Assembly (NCBI GenBank): GCA_021463865.1
Contig: JAJTXY010000011.1
Span: 1,761 to 65,760, forward strand
Direction: 5' to 3'
Length of the DNA: 64,000 nucleotides
Origin: Anaerolineae bacterium
GTDB taxonomy: Bacteria; Chloroflexota; Anaerolineae; Aggregatilineales; J027
Shown here piece after piece: positions 48,366 through 57,838 of this stretch (the first letter of the stretch is position 1; every line of letters begins with the position of its first letter). The position numbers were made by a program, and so were the translations under genes. Under the pieces are notes generated by a model. It made no database searches. It was not told the origin of the DNA and was given only the letters and a program-made list of their open reading frames with translations.

Positions 48366-49925
48366 ATGCTGCCTGAATTTCGCAATGAACCACAAACTGA
48401 TTTTAGTAATCCTGCCAATGTCGAAGCCTTTGCAACGGCAGTGGAATATGTCCGTTCACAGCTAGGTCGTCGCTACCCAATTGTCGTGGGTGGGGAAGAA
48501 TATTGGCCCGGTCAAACCTTTGATTCCATCAATCCCGCCCGCCCAGCAGAAGTCGTAGGCACGTTTGCACAAGGGACAAAAGAACTCGCCGAAAAAGCTG
48601 TGCCGATTGCTCACGAAGCCTTTTTGAAATGGCGCCGCACCCCCGCCTATGAACGCGCCCGTTATTTGCTACGTGCCGCTGGTGAAATGCGCCGCCGTAA
48701 ACATGAATTTTCGGCATGGATGGTTTTTGAAGTTGGCAAGAGTTGGGTTGAAGCCGATGCGGACACCGCCGAAGCGATCGATTTTCTCGAATATTATGCT
48801 CGCCAGATGATGCGCCTCGATAATGCACGCGAACTGTTGACCCCGTTGGCTGGCGAAGAGTTGGATTTGCAATACATCGGCTTGGGTGTCGGGGCGGTCA
48901 TTCCCCCTTGGAACTTCCCCAATGCCATTATGACGGGCATGACCAGCGCCGCGATTGTCGCCGGAAACTCCGTCATCCAAAAACCCGCCAGCACTAGCCC
49001 AGCCATTGCTTATAAGCTGTGCGAATTGTTCTGGGAACAGGGCTTGCCCGCAGGGGTTTTGAATTTCCTACCCGGCCCCGGCGGTGCGATTGGCGATACG
49101 ATTGTAGATCATCCCCTCACCCGCTTTATCGCCTTCACTGGCTCCAAAGAAGTGGGGATGCGGATTTTTGACCGCGCCGCCAAAGTATCCCCCGGTCAAC
49201 TTTGGCTCAAACGTACTGTCCTCGAAATGGGGGGCAAAGATGCGGTGGTCGTGGACGAGACCGCCCATCTGGAAAAAGCCTCGGTTGCGATTGTCGCCAG
49301 CGCCTTTGGTTTTCAAGGGCAAAAATGTTCGGCAGGCAGCCGCGCCATCATCGTCAACAGTGTCTATGATGAAGTGGCAGGTCGTGTCGCTGAATTAACC
49401 CAAAAATTGACCGTCGGCGAAACGGATAAGGGTCAAAATGTCTATATGGGGCCAGTCGTGGATCGCAAAGCCTTTAACAGTATCATGGACTATATCAAAC
49501 ACGGGCGTGAGCATCACACCCTGCTGGCGGGTGGTAATGCCATCGAAACCAACACGAATGGCTATTTTATTGAACCTACGGTGTTTGGTGATGTCCCCGG
49601 TGATGCCAAGATCGCCCAAGAAGAAATCTTTGGGCCAGTGTTGGCGATGATCCGCGCCAAGAATTTTGATGATGCGATTGATATTGCTAACAGCACCGAA
49701 TATGGTCTGACAGGGGCGCTGTTCTCCAATGATCGGGCACGCTTGGAGCGGGCACGCCACGAATTCCACGTGGGGAATCTCTATTTCAACCGCAAGTGTA
49801 CGGGGGCAATGGTCGGCGCTCATCCCTTTGGTGGATTTAATATGAGTGGCACGGATAGCAAGGCAGGCGGCCCGGATTACTTGCTGCTGTTCACCCAAGC
49901 CAAGAGCATTGCGGAATTACGTTAG
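48366..49925 (+). CDS. rocA: L-glutamate gamma-semialdehyde (1-pyrroline-5-carboxylate) dehydrogenase
   Basis: ALDH motifs LEMGGKDAVVVD and FGFQGQKCSAGSR, typical of RocA/PruA-type P5CDH. Length 519 aa. Confidence 0.8.
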   Translation: MLPEFRNEPQTDFSNPANVEAFATAVEYVRSQLGRRYPIVVGGEEYWPGQTFDSINPARPAEVVGTFAQGTKELAEKAVPIAHEAFLKWRRTPAYERARYLLRAAGEMRRRKHEFSAWMVFEVGKSWVEADADTAEAIDFLEYYARQMMRLDNARELLTPLAGEELDLQYIGLGVGAVIPPWNFPNAIMTGMTSAAIVAGNSVIQKPASTSPAIAYKLCELFWEQGLPAGVLNFLPGPGGAIGDTIVDHPLTRFIAFTGSKEVGMRIFDRAAKVSPGQLWLKRTVLEMGGKDAVVVDETAHLEKASVAIVASAFGFQGQKCSAGSRAIIVNSVYDEVAGRVAELTQKLTVGETDKGQNVYMGPVVDRKAFNSIMDYIKHGREHHTLLAGGNAIETNTNGYFIEPTVFGDVPGDAKIAQEEIFGPVLAMIRAKNFDDAIDIANSTEYGLTGALFSNDRARLERARHEFHVGNLYFNRKCTGAMVGAHPFGGFNMSGTDSKAGGPDYLLLFTQAKSIAELR

Positions 49926-49974
49926 AGAAATCAGACTTTAGTCGGGTTATTTCCTAAATTCCATTTGATAGGCT

Positions 49975-50005
49975 AAAAGGGCATGATCTAAGATGTGCCC
50001 TTTTT
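49975..50005 (+). terminator. intrinsic terminator
   Basis: AAAAGGGCA...TGCCC-TTTTT. Confidence 0.5.
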
Positions 50006-50061
50006 GTTCCCTATCTTCCAGAAAAATTTAGGTCGGAACAAAAATCCAATCAGTAGCGTCT

Positions 50062-50128
50062 ATGCAGATGTAGACAATTGGCACAGCATTCTGCATTTGT
50101 CTACAATGGTGGCAAATTCTACAATGGC
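50062..50128 (+). promoter_or_regulatory. repeat-rich promoter/operator region upstream of the metalloprotease gene
   Basis: ATGCAGA-TGTAGACAA (50062-50077) is mirrored by TCTGCAT-TTGTCTACA (50090-50105). TCTACAATGG is a direct repeat at 50100 and 50119, and each copy contains a TACAAT -10-like hexamer. Confidence 0.35.
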
Positions 50129-50230
50129 GTAGAGGCTGTGAGGGGGTATCGGGATTATTGAAGTAAGCTGCTATTATCAATCACCTTTCCGAATCCGCCG
50201 TGTGTTGTTATGTATACAGGAGATCAAACC

Positions 50231-51973
50231 ATGAAAAAGAGCGCATCGCCGCAGCGCAAAATACGTCCTCGCCTTAAGTGGCGGTTGCCTGCTATTCTCT
50301 TGGTCCTTGCGTTCGTCAATGTAGCGATTTTTGCATCCATGATTGCATCGGATGGTTCAGCCCCCATGATGGCTAAAACCGCCTATGCACAGGGGGGCAG
50401 CGAGGCCACTGATAAAGTTGAACCCATTGACCATTATCCGGTCCCGGGTGAAAATGGAGCATTAGCTTACTCGCTACGTGATCCTTGGGACAAAACAAGC
50501 CTGACTTATTTCTTCCACAACTGCCCCACCAACCTCGACTGTGAACAAGCACGCCAAGCCATTCGGGATAGCTTCCAAACTTGGGCCAATGTATCCTCTT
50601 TAATCTTCGCCGAAGTCACCGATGCTTCACAGGCTGACATGGAAGTCACATGGGCCTCTAGTGGTGATCCTGAAGGCACACTGGGTATCGTGGGTGGCGT
50701 TTTGGCCTACTGCTTCTTCCCCCGTTACGGCGGCGATATGTGGATTGACGACGCCGAACCGTGGTCAATTGGAGATGGTGCCCCTTCCGATATTATTTCG
50801 ACGGCGGTACATGAAATCGGTCACGGCATAGGCTTGGGCCACAGCGAATTCACGACGGCGATTATGTACCCCTATGCGGGTTATGCCACTAAACTGGGTG
50901 ATGACGACATCAGTGCCATTCAATCCCTCTATGGCCCTCCCGGCAGCACCACCAGCACACCCACCAATACCACCCCACCCAACGGCACGAATGGGATTCC
51001 CAGCAATAATGTCCCCGGTGATGTGGCGGAAGTTGAAGGCGAAATTACCAACAAGGAATCCGCATCGGTGTTCGATCTGGCCGTTGAAGCCAACACCACC
51101 GTTACCGTGACGATGGAAACCACCAGCGGCGATCTTGATCCCTATGTCGGCATTATGACGGCTGACCGTACCACTGTGGTTGTCGAGAATGACAACTACG
51201 ATGCCACGACCACCAATGCACAGGTTTCCGCCTATTTTGCCGAAGCTGGCAATTATATTGTGGTTGCAACCCGTTTTGGATTCCAAGATGGTGCAACAAC
51301 CGGGACATTCAAAGTCACGGCGCAATTTGAATCGGGTGATACGACAGGCGGCACAAATCCGAATATCCCACCCGGCCCAACGACCTTCAAATGGCGCATC
51401 AGCAATTACACTGATATCGAATTGTGTGGCGTGTTCTTTAGCGCATCTGATGCCTCAGATTGGGGGCCAAACCAAATCGAAGGTGAACGCCTTGCCCCAA
51501 TGACATATTTTGAATGGGACATCCAACCCGGCACCTATGACGTTCAAGTAGCGGACTGCAATAACAACACACTAGAAGCCTACAAAATCGAAGTCAGCCG
51601 TGACCTTGAGGTGCAAATCTACCTTGATCGTATCACCAGTGTGCCATTGGGGACACCACCACAGGATACGCCGACCAATCAGACCCCCAATGACCAGACG
51701 GTGACGCTGCGAATCAGCAACCTTGCCGGAACCGACCTGTGCCAAGTGTATGTGAGTGCAAGCACGGAAACCAATTGGGGCGATAACCAGTTGGAGGCGA
51801 ATGAGGTCTTTGCCAACCAGACGTATATCGAATGGAGTGTGCCGCCGGGGAGCTATGACGTCAAAGTGTTTGACTGTCTCAACAATACCCTCGAAGCCTA
51901 CCAATTCGATGTCACCAACGGCCTAGACATTCAAATCTTTGCTACCGAAATCGTCGGCGTACCTCTGCAATAA
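50231..51973 (+). CDS. secreted M10 (matrixin-type) zinc metalloprotease with PPC-like domain and duplicated C-terminal module
   Basis: VHEIGHGIGLGHS...MYP (the HExxHxxGxxH motif plus a Met-turn). The two C-terminal repeats begin TFKWRISNYTDIELCGVFF... and VTLRISNLAGTDLCQVYV... Confidence 0.8.
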   Translation: MKKSASPQRKIRPRLKWRLPAILLVLAFVNVAIFASMIASDGSAPMMAKTAYAQGGSEATDKVEPIDHYPVPGENGALAYSLRDPWDKTSLTYFFHNCPTNLDCEQARQAIRDSFQTWANVSSLIFAEVTDASQADMEVTWASSGDPEGTLGIVGGVLAYCFFPRYGGDMWIDDAEPWSIGDGAPSDIISTAVHEIGHGIGLGHSEFTTAIMYPYAGYATKLGDDDISAIQSLYGPPGSTTSTPTNTTPPNGTNGIPSNNVPGDVAEVEGEITNKESASVFDLAVEANTTVTVTMETTSGDLDPYVGIMTADRTTVVVENDNYDATTTNAQVSAYFAEAGNYIVVATRFGFQDGATTGTFKVTAQFESGDTTGGTNPNIPPGPTTFKWRISNYTDIELCGVFFSASDASDWGPNQIEGERLAPMTYFEWDIQPGTYDVQVADCNNNTLEAYKIEVSRDLEVQIYLDRITSVPLGTPPQDTPTNQTPNDQTVTLRISNLAGTDLCQVYVSASTETNWGDNQLEANEVFANQTYIEWSVPPGSYDVKVFDCLNNTLEAYQFDVTNGLDIQIFATEIVGVPLQ

Positions 51974-51993
51974 CAAGTAGACTTCAGCAAATT

Positions 51994-52020
51994 GGGGCGA
52001 CTTCTCATCGCCCCTTTTTA
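51994..52020. terminator. terminator between convergent protease genes
   Basis: GGGGCGA-cttctca-TCGCCCC-TTTTT. Confidence 0.6.
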
Positions 52021-52046
52021 TTTGCCTGTTGTTTGCCAATCCGTGA

Positions 52047-53351
52047 TTACTGCCCGAATGGGGTAACTGTCGGTGGGAAACGAAATTCGATGGTCGGAGA
52101 GGGCATTTGTGTAGGTACTGTGCCCGAAATACCAAGCCATTCCCGCCATTGTGATTCAATTTCGGTGATGGTTAAGCCAAGCACTTGTTCCAACGACGTT
52201 TTAAAATAATCCGTGATTTCGTACCCCGGCAGATTTTCGGGTGCGGCCAACAGTGTAATCAACTCACGGTGGGCCTCCCAGCCATAATTTTCGACCAACC
52301 ACTTATTGAAGGTATAGCCCACATCGTAGCCCCAGCGTCCGCGACCATCCGGCCCTTCATCAAAGGTATCCGGGCCTTCGCCCACAAACAAACTATCAAG
52401 CGTGGCATATTGCAGGGCATCACGTACCCGCCCTTCATAATCATATTGCCGACTTAATTCCAGATAGGTCGAATTGCCCTCGGTAAACCACGCTGGGGCA
52501 CGCGATTCATAAAGGTCATATTGATATAGATGCCCAATTTCGTGAATGACAGTGCCATAAGCAAAATCTTGAATATCATTACCATAAATGAGTTGGATAA
52601 ACGCCCCCCAATAACCGCTGGCTTGCCCAATAAAATCAATGCCACGCAGTACATATTCCTGAGAGCGCCATTCCTCAAAAGTGGTCTCATCCGCAAACAG
52701 CACCATACGCGGTTTATAGGAGAGCAGCCGTCCAAAGGCCTCAAGATACAGGGGACGAGCCTCCGCCATCGCCTCAAATGCCAAATCTACCGCGTTTTGG
52801 GGAAAGCCCTCTTGAACAAAAATAATTAAGTCTTCGGATTCTTCGCGTTCCCATTCGTGGGTATCGTCGCTGTACTCGCTCCCCACAAACCAATCGCTCC
52901 AATAGATCGTTCCAGCGCTATCCAGTAGCCGCCAACGATAATTGATAGCAACCCAAGGGGGAATTTCATCAGCCTCACGGCCTTCCACAATAACCATCAC
53001 CTTGCCCGTTTCGGCATCCACCTCCCCGCGTCGCCGCACATCTTCAGGGTACGTCGGGGTATGCGAATAATAGATGCTGGCGGAAACAATTTCCCCTGCA
53101 CTGCTTTTAGCAAACGCCTCAAACTGAAACCCATCGGGATAAAAACTGGTAAACGTAGAGTCGGTCAGTGTCCATTCGGCCTCACCACCCTCGACATAGG
53201 CCGGTTCGTCATATTTGGGGGTTTCTTCCGGGGTGGGGGTCGCGGTTGTGGCATCTTGCGCCGTAGCCTGCCATTGCGCCGTGCCGATCAGACCGAGCAT
53301 AAAAATCAGCACTAGAGCCGCCGAGATCAAAAAAATCGCTTGTTTTCGCAT
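52047..53351 (-). CDS. secreted/anchored HExxH zinc peptidase-like protein
   Basis: The signal/TM MRKQAIFLISAALVLIFML, then VIHEIGHLYQ. Confidence 0.55.
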   Translation of the reverse strand: MRKQAIFLISAALVLIFMLGLIGTAQWQATAQDATTATPTPEETPKYDEPAYVEGGEAEWTLTDSTFTSFYPDGFQFEAFAKSSAGEIVSASIYYSHTPTYPEDVRRRGEVDAETGKVMVIVEGREADEIPPWVAINYRWRLLDSAGTIYWSDWFVGSEYSDDTHEWEREESEDLIIFVQEGFPQNAVDLAFEAMAEARPLYLEAFGRLLSYKPRMVLFADETTFEEWRSQEYVLRGIDFIGQASGYWGAFIQLIYGNDIQDFAYGTVIHEIGHLYQYDLYESRAPAWFTEGNSTYLELSRQYDYEGRVRDALQYATLDSLFVGEGPDTFDEGPDGRGRWGYDVGYTFNKWLVENYGWEAHRELITLLAAPENLPGYEITDYFKTSLEQVLGLTITEIESQWREWLGISGTVPTQMPSPTIEFRFPPTVTPFGQ

Positions 53352-53434
53352 TGCAAAAAATGCCTTCCTGAACAACCCTCTGGCAAATAAAGCCAGTATA
53401 GGCGATTCAGGCAAGGCGTCAAATTTTAGGGGTT

Positions 53435-54514
53435 TTAAGCCAGTTGTTGAATGATGGTATCGGTAAATTCGGTAGTGCTAAGATAAGACCCACCCCCGGC
53501 AATATCGGCGGTGCGTGCGCCTGTGTCCAATGTGGCGGCTACCGCTTTTTCAATTGCCTGCGCCTCATTTTCTAAACGCAGACTATATCGCAGCAGCAGG
53601 GCAGCACTCATAATCGTTCCGGTGGGGTTGGCGATACCCTTGCCCGCAATATCCGGCGCTGACCCATGAATCGGCTCATACAGGCCATACGAACTTTCAT
53701 TGAGCGAGGCCGAGGGTAGCATCCCCAACGACCCTGCCAATACGCTGGCTTGGTCGGTCAAAATGTCACCAAACATATTTTCGGTGACGACCACATCCCA
53801 TTCGCCGGGGCGGGTCATCAACAGCATAGCAAACGAATCCACCAATTGATGCGACAGGCTGATTTCGGGGTAATCTTCCGCCACGACTTCAACAGTGCGC
53901 CGCCACAAGCGTGATGAGGCCAGCACATTTGCCTTATCTACTGAGCAGACCTTCTTTTTACGCAGGCGGGCCGCATCAAACGCAACTTTAGCAGCGCGGG
54001 CCACTTCAAACGGCGCATAGACCATCGTGTCATAGGAGGTATCAGTGGAATCCAGCACGATGTCACCCTGCCATTCCTTGTGCGGCCCAAAATAGAGGCC
54101 ACCCGTCAATTCGCGGATGAACAAAATATCCACATCTTTGAGCAGTTCGGGCTTGAAGGGTGTGTATTGCAACAGGGCGGGCCACGCCTTGACAGGACGC
54201 AAATTGGCGAACAGGCCAAAGTGTTTCCGCAGTCCCAAAATGCCTTCTTCGGGACGGGGTGCGCCGGGGGGAGTGCTGCCAGCGGGTCCACCCACCGCCC
54301 CCATCAAAATCGCGTCGCATTGCTCGGCGATGGTAAGCGTTTCGGCGGGTAAGGGGCTGCCTGTTTGGTTGATGGCAGCAATCCCTAATAGGGCCTCATG
54401 ATAGGTAAACGAATGACTATATTTGGCGGCGACGGCATCCAATACACGGATGGCGGCCTGTACCACCTCCGGCCCGATGCCATCACCGGGGAGTAAAGCG
54501 ATTTTAGCTTGCAT
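53435..54514 (-). CDS. leuB: 3-isopropylmalate dehydrogenase
   Basis: KIALLPGDGIGPEV...NMFGDILTD...GSAPDIAGKGIANP. Confidence 0.9.
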   Translation of the reverse strand: MQAKIALLPGDGIGPEVVQAAIRVLDAVAAKYSHSFTYHEALLGIAAINQTGSPLPAETLTIAEQCDAILMGAVGGPAGSTPPGAPRPEEGILGLRKHFGLFANLRPVKAWPALLQYTPFKPELLKDVDILFIRELTGGLYFGPHKEWQGDIVLDSTDTSYDTMVYAPFEVARAAKVAFDAARLRKKKVCSVDKANVLASSRLWRRTVEVVAEDYPEISLSHQLVDSFAMLLMTRPGEWDVVVTENMFGDILTDQASVLAGSLGMLPSASLNESSYGLYEPIHGSAPDIAGKGIANPTGTIMSAALLLRYSLRLENEAQAIEKAVAATLDTGARTADIAGGGSYLSTTEFTDTIIQQLA

Positions 54515-54530
54515 GAATCTCTCCAAAAAT

Positions 54531-54941
54531 TTAGTGAAAGGCAGCGCGTAAATCGGCTGCTAATTTATCCAATGTCGCCCGATCCGTTATCGTATTGCGG
54601 CGGCTGGCGTGATTGTCATTTTCATGGCGCGGCAGCAAATGCAAGTGGAAATGAAACACGTCTTGATTAGCCACCCGCCCATTCGATTGAAACACCGATA
54701 GGCCCTCGCATTTCGACACTTCTCGAATGACCCGTGACAACTTCACCGCAACTTGCATAATCGCAGCAGCCTGCTCATCGGTCAAATCATAGATCATCGG
54801 GGCGTGGACACGCGGCACCACCAACACTTTATAGGGATTGGCTTGCCTGATGTCCATAAACGCCACGACCTGCTCATCTTCATAAACAAAACTGCCAGCG
54901 GCTTCTTTGGCGATAATTTTACAAAAGATACAGTCAGTCAT
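54531..54941 (-). CDS. HIT-family (histidine triad) protein
   Basis: CIFCKI... and HFHLHLLP. Confidence 0.85.
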   Translation of the reverse strand: MTDCIFCKIIAKEAAGSFVYEDEQVVAFMDIRQANPYKVLVVPRVHAPMIYDLTDEQAAAIMQVAVKLSRVIREVSKCEGLSVFQSNGRVANQDVFHFHLHLLPRHENDNHASRRNTITDRATLDKLAADLRAAFH

Positions 54942-54944
54942 AGG

Positions 54945-56519
54945 TTATCCATCATGTTGTACCGAACACAGGCCATATTCAACCGAATCCGCTAATGCCC
55001 GCCAGCTTGCCGCGATAATGTTGGTACTGGCCCCGACGGTGCTCCAACGCTGATGTCCATTGCGCGTATCAATCAACACACGGGTGGTCGCGCCTGTCGC
55101 CGAGCCGCTGTCCACAATACGCACCTTATAATCCACCAAATGGAATTCGGCTAGACGGGGATAGACGGGTAGGAGGGCTTTTCGTAAAGCACGATCTAGC
55201 GCATTAACCGGGCCATTGCCATCGGCGACGGTATACAATTCTTCCCCCTCCACCGACAGTTTAATGGTAGCCTCCGTGACCATGCCGCGCCCCCGCCGCT
55301 GCTCAACCAAAACCATATAGTCAATCAGGTCAAAGGGTGCTTTGTAATCGGGTTGGGCACGCCGCAGCATCATGGCTACCGAAGCATCCGCCCCTTCAAA
55401 CGCATAGCCTTGATGCTCCAAATGTTTGATTTCATCCAGCACCTTACGGGCGATATGGTCTTCCGCGTCCAGCTTAAACGCCTCGGCCAGTGCCAAAATG
55501 TTACCCCGCCCCGATAAATCCGAGACAAGGAAGCGCATTTCATTACCGACCAGCGTCGGGTCAATATGCTGATAGCTGTCTACATGCCGCCGCATCGCCG
55601 CCACATGAATCCCGCCCTTATGCGCAAAGGCACTTTTGCCGACATAGGGGCGATTGCCATAGGGGGTCTGATTGGCGATTTCGGCTACCGTGCGTGCCAC
55701 ATGCGTCAGACGGCGAATTTTGCCATCGGGCAGCGTCTCCAAGCCCATTTTAATTTCAAGGTCGGGGATGATGCTGCACAAATTGGCATTGCCACAGCGT
55801 TCACCATAGCCATTAATCGTGCCCTGCACATGCACCGCCCCGGCCCGTACCGCCGCCAGCGAATTGGCGACCCCTAGTTCTCCGTCATTGTGGGTATGGA
55901 TGCCTAGCGGGACATTCGGCAGGGCTTGGGCCACAAATTTGACGATTTCCTCTAGTTCCCAATACATCGTGCCGCCGTTGGTATCACACAGCACGACCAA
56001 ATCTGCCCCGCCATCTACCGCCGCTTGCAGGGTATCGAGCGAGTATTCATTATCCAGCTTGAAGCCGTCAAAAAAATGCTCGGCGTCGTAGATAACCTCT
56101 TTACCCTGTGTTTTGAGGTAGGCCAGACTTTCGCGGATAATCCGCAGATTTTCTTCAGGGGTGGTACAGATGACTTCAGTGACGTGCAGCATGGAGGTTT
56201 TGCCCACTACGGTGACGACAGGCGTTTGGGCATCCAGCAGGGCGCGGATATTGGCATCATCGGCAGGATCACCCCCCACCCGACAGGTCATGCCAAATGC
56301 AGCGATTTTGGCGTGGTTCAATTTCACATCGCGCACCGCTTCAAAATAAGCCGCGTCTTTGGGATTGCTACCGGGCCAGCCGCCTTCGATATAGGCCACC
56401 CCAAGATCATCCAAAATCTCGGTAATCTTGAGTTTATCATCCACCGAGAGCGAAATCCCTTCGCCCTGTGTTCCATCCCGCAGCGTCGTATCGTATATAT
56501 CAATGCGCGTCATAGTCAT
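54945..56519 (-). CDS. cimA: citramalate synthase (LeuA-related, CimA type)
   Basis: The N-terminus IYDTTLRDGTQGEGISLSVDDKL..., the length of about 524 aa and the C-terminal regulatory domain are typical of the CimA clade. A separate LeuA is present nearby. Confidence 0.7.
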   Translation of the reverse strand: MTMTRIDIYDTTLRDGTQGEGISLSVDDKLKITEILDDLGVAYIEGGWPGSNPKDAAYFEAVRDVKLNHAKIAAFGMTCRVGGDPADDANIRALLDAQTPVVTVVGKTSMLHVTEVICTTPEENLRIIRESLAYLKTQGKEVIYDAEHFFDGFKLDNEYSLDTLQAAVDGGADLVVLCDTNGGTMYWELEEIVKFVAQALPNVPLGIHTHNDGELGVANSLAAVRAGAVHVQGTINGYGERCGNANLCSIIPDLEIKMGLETLPDGKIRRLTHVARTVAEIANQTPYGNRPYVGKSAFAHKGGIHVAAMRRHVDSYQHIDPTLVGNEMRFLVSDLSGRGNILALAEAFKLDAEDHIARKVLDEIKHLEHQGYAFEGADASVAMMLRRAQPDYKAPFDLIDYMVLVEQRRGRGMVTEATIKLSVEGEELYTVADGNGPVNALDRALRKALLPVYPRLAEFHLVDYKVRIVDSGSATGATTRVLIDTRNGHQRWSTVGASTNIIAASWRALADSVEYGLCSVQHDG

Positions 56520-56536
56520 CTGTCCCCTTCAGAAAT

Positions 56537-57130
56537 TCATGATTGAAGCGTCTGTACTCGCGCCGGGTGGCTGACTTCAAACGCCTCAATTTCAGGTGTC
56601 TGCTTCATCAAATAGCCAAGTTCGTCAATGCCTTCCAATAGGCACGTCTTGGAAAACGGGTCAATCGGGAAGGAGGCCTTTTGTCCATTGGGCAAGGTCA
56701 CGGTCTGGCTGGCGAGGTCAATATGAATTTCGGCTTCTGGTGCTTCCTCCGCCAAATCCAACAGGGCTTGGTGGGTCTCCGCATCTACCACAATCGGCAG
56801 TAGTCCATTTTTCAGCGAATTGTTGCGGAAAATATCGGCAAAGTAGGTGCTAATGACGGCCCGAAAACCATACGCTTTCAATGCCCAAGGTGCATGTTCA
56901 CGCGAGGAGCCACAGCCAAAGTTATGCCCCGCCACCAAAATATGCCCGTTCTGATAACGCGGATTATTGAGTACAAAATCGGGGTCTTGCCGCCAATCGG
57001 TAAAGCAACCTTCCGCTAGCGAATTTTTATCCGTCACCTTGAGATAACGCGCCGGGATAATCTGGTCGGTATCAATATTTTCAATCGGCAGCGGCACTAA
57101 ACTGGCGCTAAATGGTTTCAATGGTTCCAT
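56537..57130 (-). CDS. leuD: 3-isopropylmalate dehydratase small subunit
   Basis: [14 protein letters not shown]...[17 protein letters not shown]. Confidence 0.9.
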   Translation of the reverse strand: MEPLKPFSASLVPLPIENIDTDQIIPARYLKVTDKNSLAEGCFTDWRQDPDFVLNNPRYQNGHILVAGHNFGCGSSREHAPWALKAYGFRAVISTYFADIFRNNSLKNGLLPIVVDAETHQALLDLAEEAPEAEIHIDLASQTVTLPNGQKASFPIDPFSKTCLLEGIDELGYLMKQTPEIEAFEVSHPARVQTLQS

Positions 57131-57150
57131 GTTGTTTCAACTCTCCACTA

Positions 57151-57210
57151 GCCTCATCCTCGTGTGCCCCTCTCTCAAAGCGTTTGGAGAGAGGGGTTGG
57201 GGATGAGGGC
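57151..57210. repeat. GC-rich palindromic repeat, copy 4 (full nested palindrome, intergenic)
   Basis: GCCTCATCC-tcgtgtg-CCCCTCTCTC-aaagcgtttg-GAGAGAGGGG-ttgg-GGATGAGGGC. Confidence 0.7.
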
Positions 57211-57212
57211 TT

Positions 57213-57836
57213 CTAATACGGTCTGCGATATTCAAAGTGGGGCATCTCGCCCATGTCGTTGGTCAAAAAGGTCAGCGTCGAAACCGAACAATGGGCAATG
57301 TAATTGGCAATGGGGTCAAGTTTGGGCAGTTCTGTGCGTGCTACTTTGACATCCACTGGCATCCCCATCGCCCACAACACCGTAAACGCGATCACGTCCC
57401 CATGTGAAACCGCGATCACATGTTGACCGGGATAGGCGCGGCGGGTACGGCGGATAAATTTTTGCGCCCGTGACCACACTTGCAGCGGTTGTTCATAGGG
57501 CGGGTGGGATTCGCTGTACAAATCCCACTTTCGCGCATCTAGCTCGGCATAGGTACACCCTTCATACGGGGTATGGACTTCGTTCAACAGTGCCGTCGTC
57601 GTGACATTCATCCTATGCGGCCCTGCAATGATTTTGGCGGTTTGTTGGGCACGCAGCAGAGGGCTAGAAAATATCTTGGCGATTTTTTCACCCTTGAGTA
57701 ATTCGGCGGCGGCACGTGCTTGATCCTTGCCCTCGTCGGCTAATCGAAAACGAGGCATCCGCTGATAAAAGATTTCCTGCGGATTATGCACAAGCCCATG
57801 CCGCACCAATGAGATTTTTGTTTCCACTCGTGACAT
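57213..57836 (-). CDS. histidine phosphatase (phosphoglycerate mutase-like) family protein
   Basis: The LVRHG motif near the N-terminus, plus AVSHGDVI. Confidence 0.8.
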   Translation of the reverse strand: MSRVETKISLVRHGLVHNPQEIFYQRMPRFRLADEGKDQARAAAELLKGEKIAKIFSSPLLRAQQTAKIIAGPHRMNVTTTALLNEVHTPYEGCTYAELDARKWDLYSESHPPYEQPLQVWSRAQKFIRRTRRAYPGQHVIAVSHGDVIAFTVLWAMGMPVDVKVARTELPKLDPIANYIAHCSVSTLTFLTNDMGEMPHFEYRRPY

Positions 57837-57838
57837 TC

